This document shows, piece after piece, positions 61,134 to 64,000 of a stretch of DNA of 64,000 nt. The notes under the pieces are model-generated. The model was not told the DNA's origin. It ran no database searches and saw nothing but the letters and a program-made list of their open reading frames with translations. The DNA is taken from positions 28,032-92,031 of the forward strand of contig JBDRKI010000037.1 in the NCBI GenBank assembly GCA_043814095.1, written 5' to 3'. The DNA comes from Armatimonadota bacterium. GTDB taxonomy: Bacteria > Vulcanimicrobiota > JACPDS01 > JBDRKI01. The first letter of the stretch is position 1. The number at the start of each line of letters is the position of its first letter. The translations under genes were made by a program, and so were the position numbers.

Positions 61134-62282
61134 ATGCTTAATTCCATAATGCCTAATACTTATACATTTGCGAAAAGACCGCGAATTAATAATAAAGTGG
61201 CCTATACAAGCCCCGAGGAACTTAAAAATTTATGTATAAAAGCTTCTTCTGAGGCTTTAGTTTCCGCGGATATTTTTATTGCTGACCTTGAATCTCTGGC
61301 AAAAGAACTGGATATTTTAAAACTTAACCTGGAGATTCAGGGCGGCAAACAGCATTATAAAAACAAGGCGAATTTTTATATAAAGCAGATAGCCGATTTT
61401 AAGAATACTTCACTTAGATACAAAGAGCGGCTTAACGGTGTACATACTGATTTAACGGGATCTTCCTCTAAAGCATTGTCAAATGTCGTCGGTACTTCAG
61501 CCAGGGCTGTTTACGGTTGCGCGGACTTTGCCTCTAAAGTAATTGAATTAAAAACAGTTTTGGAATCCTGCGTTCATTTCGGACCGGACAAAGATAAAGC
61601 TTTAGCCAGGGAATTAGTCGGCGAAGTTGCCGGTATGGAAGAAACATTGCGGAAGATGCTGGAATTTCTTAAATCAATGTATAGGATTTTCAGAGACCTG
61701 CCCTCAGGTGAAGAGGGAAGCGTAATGGAGGGCGTTAAAAGCGCCAGTGTTCCGACAGAAGTTTTAAAGAATCAATCAAAAGACATATATTATTTTGTAA
61801 GGGATATGGATACTGATTTAACTTTACTGCATATGGCTATAAATCAGAACGGCGGTAAAGGCGCTGATATAGTTAAAGCATTGTTTGTTGATACAAGTTT
61901 CTTCAGGGCGGTAGCAAAGGATATCTACGGGTATTTTGAGAAAATACCGCCTTCTGTAGATGTTATAGATAAAGAAAAGACAGGTGCCGTTTCCGGAGGG
62001 AAGTCAATATATGCGGTATCAGGCTCCCCTTATATCTACGGTAAAATTATGGATGTAAAGACCAATATAAAGATTATGTCCAGCAAATTCATGAACCTGT
62101 ATTTTGATCTTTCCGGGGCCTTAAATTCTCCGGATGTTAGCCCTGAGCAGAAGAGAAGATATACAGATTTTCAGACGGCAATACAGCAAGTGTTTGCCAG
62201 GGTTACCGAGAAAGATTCTTTTAAAGGTACACTTTCGAAGATTAAAGATCTTGAGGATATCTACGGAGACAATATGTATTAA
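61134..62282 (+). CDS. Orphan helical protein, paralog C (N+C domains)
   Basis: 382-aa ORF, G9 RBS; similarity to both upstream genes. Confidence 0.82.
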   Translation: MLNSIMPNTYTFAKRPRINNKVAYTSPEELKNLCIKASSEALVSADIFIADLESLAKELDILKLNLEIQGGKQHYKNKANFYIKQIADFKNTSLRYKERLNGVHTDLTGSSSKALSNVVGTSARAVYGCADFASKVIELKTVLESCVHFGPDKDKALARELVGEVAGMEETLRKMLEFLKSMYRIFRDLPSGEEGSVMEGVKSASVPTEVLKNQSKDIYYFVRDMDTDLTLLHMAINQNGGKGADIVKALFVDTSFFRAVAKDIYGYFEKIPPSVDVIDKEKTGAVSGGKSIYAVSGSPYIYGKIMDVKTNIKIMSSKFMNLYFDLSGALNSPDVSPEQKRRYTDFQTAIQQVFARVTEKDSFKGTLSKIKDLEDIYGDNMY

Positions 62283-62300
62283 GAGATATCCGGAGTAATA

Positions 62301-62340
62301 AATAAAGGGGCTGTCTAAAAAGGTAGGCAGCCTCTTTATT
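62301..62340. terminator. Bidirectional intrinsic terminator
   Basis: AATAAAGGGGCTGTCT...AGGCAGCCTCTTTATT. Confidence 0.75.
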
Positions 62341-62342
62341 TA

Positions 62343-64000
62343 TTACATGGAAAACTGGCTGCACCATTCTTCAAAACATAAAAGAGACCATATAAGAAGC
62401 CTGTGGTTTACTCCTTGAGAATGTTCTTTTATTGTTTTCTCCACGAACTTCTTATTGATGTATTTATCCATCTTCGTGCCTGAAGAAAGGAGTTTCTCTT
62501 TTACGTAATCAAAATTTTCACCCCTGAACCAGCTTTCGTCAGGGGAGGAGAAACCTTGTTTTTTCCTGTTGGTTATGCTCTCGGGCAGGATCTCTTTCAT
62601 GGCTTCACGCAGGATGTTTTTGCCGTCGTCATGCTTTCTTATATATTTAATATTTCTTCTTATCTCGTTTTCATCTATTCTTTTTATATGATTAATATTT
62701 TTTAGTTTATGTTTAATGGGTATTTTCATTGCGAAATCCACAAGATCATTATCAAGGAAAGGGAACCTTTCTTCAAGGGAATTTGCCATGGCAAGCTTAT
62801 CCCCGACAACCAAAAGGCCGTGTAGGAAGGTTTTTATCTCAAAATAAAGGGAGTTGGCAATATGATCTTCGGGAGAGTCATATCTTAAGTCTTCGTTAAA
62901 TGTGAATACCCTGCGGAAGATATCATAATTTGAATGGTTTTTTGTATACTGGTATACATCGCTGTTGAAGAGATTCTTTTTCTGCTGGTCGGTTACCAGT
63001 CTCTGCCAGAAATCATAGTAATTTTTAAAGAAGTCTTCTTTATCAAGTGATTTTATTATCCTATAATATCTCCAGGGATAACCGCCGTAGAGTTCATCCC
63101 CGCCCGCGCCTGAGAGGCATACTTTTACGAATTTGGATGCCAGCCTGCTTATGTAGTAATTAGGATAGCACATACCTATTCTAAGGTCTTCAAGATGCCA
63201 TATAAGTTTTGGCATAATCCATTTTATATCACCCGCGTTTATTACCTGTTCATAGAGCTCTGTTTTATATGCATTTGCCACCAGTTCCGCGCTTCTTCTT
63301 TCGTCAAAAGTGGCTTCAATTCCGGTAACGTTTGAAAGCTCAAAACCGGCGGTGAACGTAGTTAATCTCGGTATATACCTGCTGGCTACGGCAGTTATAG
63401 AGGCGCTGTCCATACCGCCGCTTAAGTAGCTGCCTACGGGAACATCTGAGATAAGCTGGCGTTTTACGGCCTGTTTAAAAAGCTTAAGCGTCTCTTCTTT
63501 AGCATCTTTAAACTTTAATCTTTTATCCCTGTCTGTGAAATTGTAATCCCACCAGCAGTATCTTTCAAAACCGTTATCAAAATCTATCCTCGCTATATTT
63601 GCCGCGGGAAGAAGATAAATATCTTTAAATAAGGTGTGGTACTGGAAAAGGTTCTGGAAAGTGAAATATTCGTCTAAAGCGTCTAAATTTATGTCTTTAC
63701 GGTAATCTTTGTATTCCAGTATGGATTTTATTTCGCTTGCGAAGATAACAAGGTTATTTAAGACAGTGTAATACAGGGGTTTTACCCCGAATCTGTCTCT
63801 TGCAAGGTAAAGTACTTTTTTGCGGTTATCCCATACGGCAAAAGCGAACATGCCGTTAAATTTTTTAACGCAGTCTATGCCCCATTCCAGGTAAGCGTAA
63901 ATTATTACTTCCGTGTCGGAATGCGATTCAAATTTGTGCCCGAGCCCTATGAGTTCTGTTCTTATCTGCTGGAAGTTGTATATTTCGCCGTTATGTACAA
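62343..64000 (-). CDS. asnB: Asparagine synthase (glutamine-hydrolysing) family amidotransferase, 5' partial
   Basis: HNGEIYNF, SDTEV, ARDRFGVKPLYY, YLSGGMDS, SGAGGDELYGGY; frame open to window end. Confidence 0.92.
   Translation of the reverse strand, partial: VHNGEIYNFQQIRTELIGLGHKFESHSDTEVIIYAYLEWGIDCVKKFNGMFAFAVWDNRKKVLYLARDRFGVKPLYYTVLNNLVIFASEIKSILEYKDYRKDINLDALDEYFTFQNLFQYHTLFKDIYLLPAANIARIDFDNGFERYCWWDYNFTDRDKRLKFKDAKEETLKLFKQAVKRQLISDVPVGSYLSGGMDSASITAVASRYIPRLTTFTAGFELSNVTGIEATFDERRSAELVANAYKTELYEQVINAGDIKWIMPKLIWHLEDLRIGMCYPNYYISRLASKFVKVCLSGAGGDELYGGYPWRYYRIIKSLDKEDFFKNYYDFWQRLVTDQQKKNLFNSDVYQYTKNHSNYDIFRRVFTFNEDLRYDSPEDHIANSLYFEIKTFLHGLLVVGDKLAMANSLEERFPFLDNDLVDFAMKIPIKHKLKNINHIKRIDENEIRRNIKYIRKHDDGKNILREAMKEILPESITNRKKQGFSSPDESWFRGENFDYVKEKLLSSGTKMDKYINKKFVEKTIKEHSQGVNHRLLIWSLLCFEEWCSQFSM

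Overview
AT-rich bacterial chromosomal segment with about 57 CDS and one tRNA-Glu(CTC). I found no rRNA, CRISPR array, transposase, integrase or reverse transcriptase. Recognisable genes are tnaA, kup, gatB, a moeA-PBP fusion, rny-ymdB-spoVS, a sugar ABC transporter with nagZ, ftsY and a partial asnB. Three POT/PTR-like peptide transporters and an OprD-like porin (diderm envelope) are also present. The Cys-rich pilin-like modules plus the rny-ymdB-spoVS block suggest an uncultured Terrabacteria lineage such as Eremiobacterota or Armatimonadota; this is inference only. Unusual structure: (1) About ten dispersed orphan genes lack Sec signals, have Asn/Ser/Ile-rich N-termini (MIN.../MLN.../MNIN...) and mostly GGGGG ribosome-binding sites. 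Several of them, plus an HD-GYP gene, sit behind phased 11-bp GTTAAC tandem boxes, and two others share a 27-bp upstream element. This is a candidate co-regulated, non-Sec-exported effector regulon. (2) A triad of helical orphan paralogs, one carrying an in-frame TAG at the domain boundary. (3) A sigma-H-type promoter (AGG-N18-GAA) in front of at least 12 transcription units. (4) A mosaic family of modular surface lipoproteins with swapped beta-propeller heads. (5) An RNase Y gene that apparently needs a non-canonical ATT start behind a structured leader. All calls come from reading sequence and translations by eye; no database searches were run.
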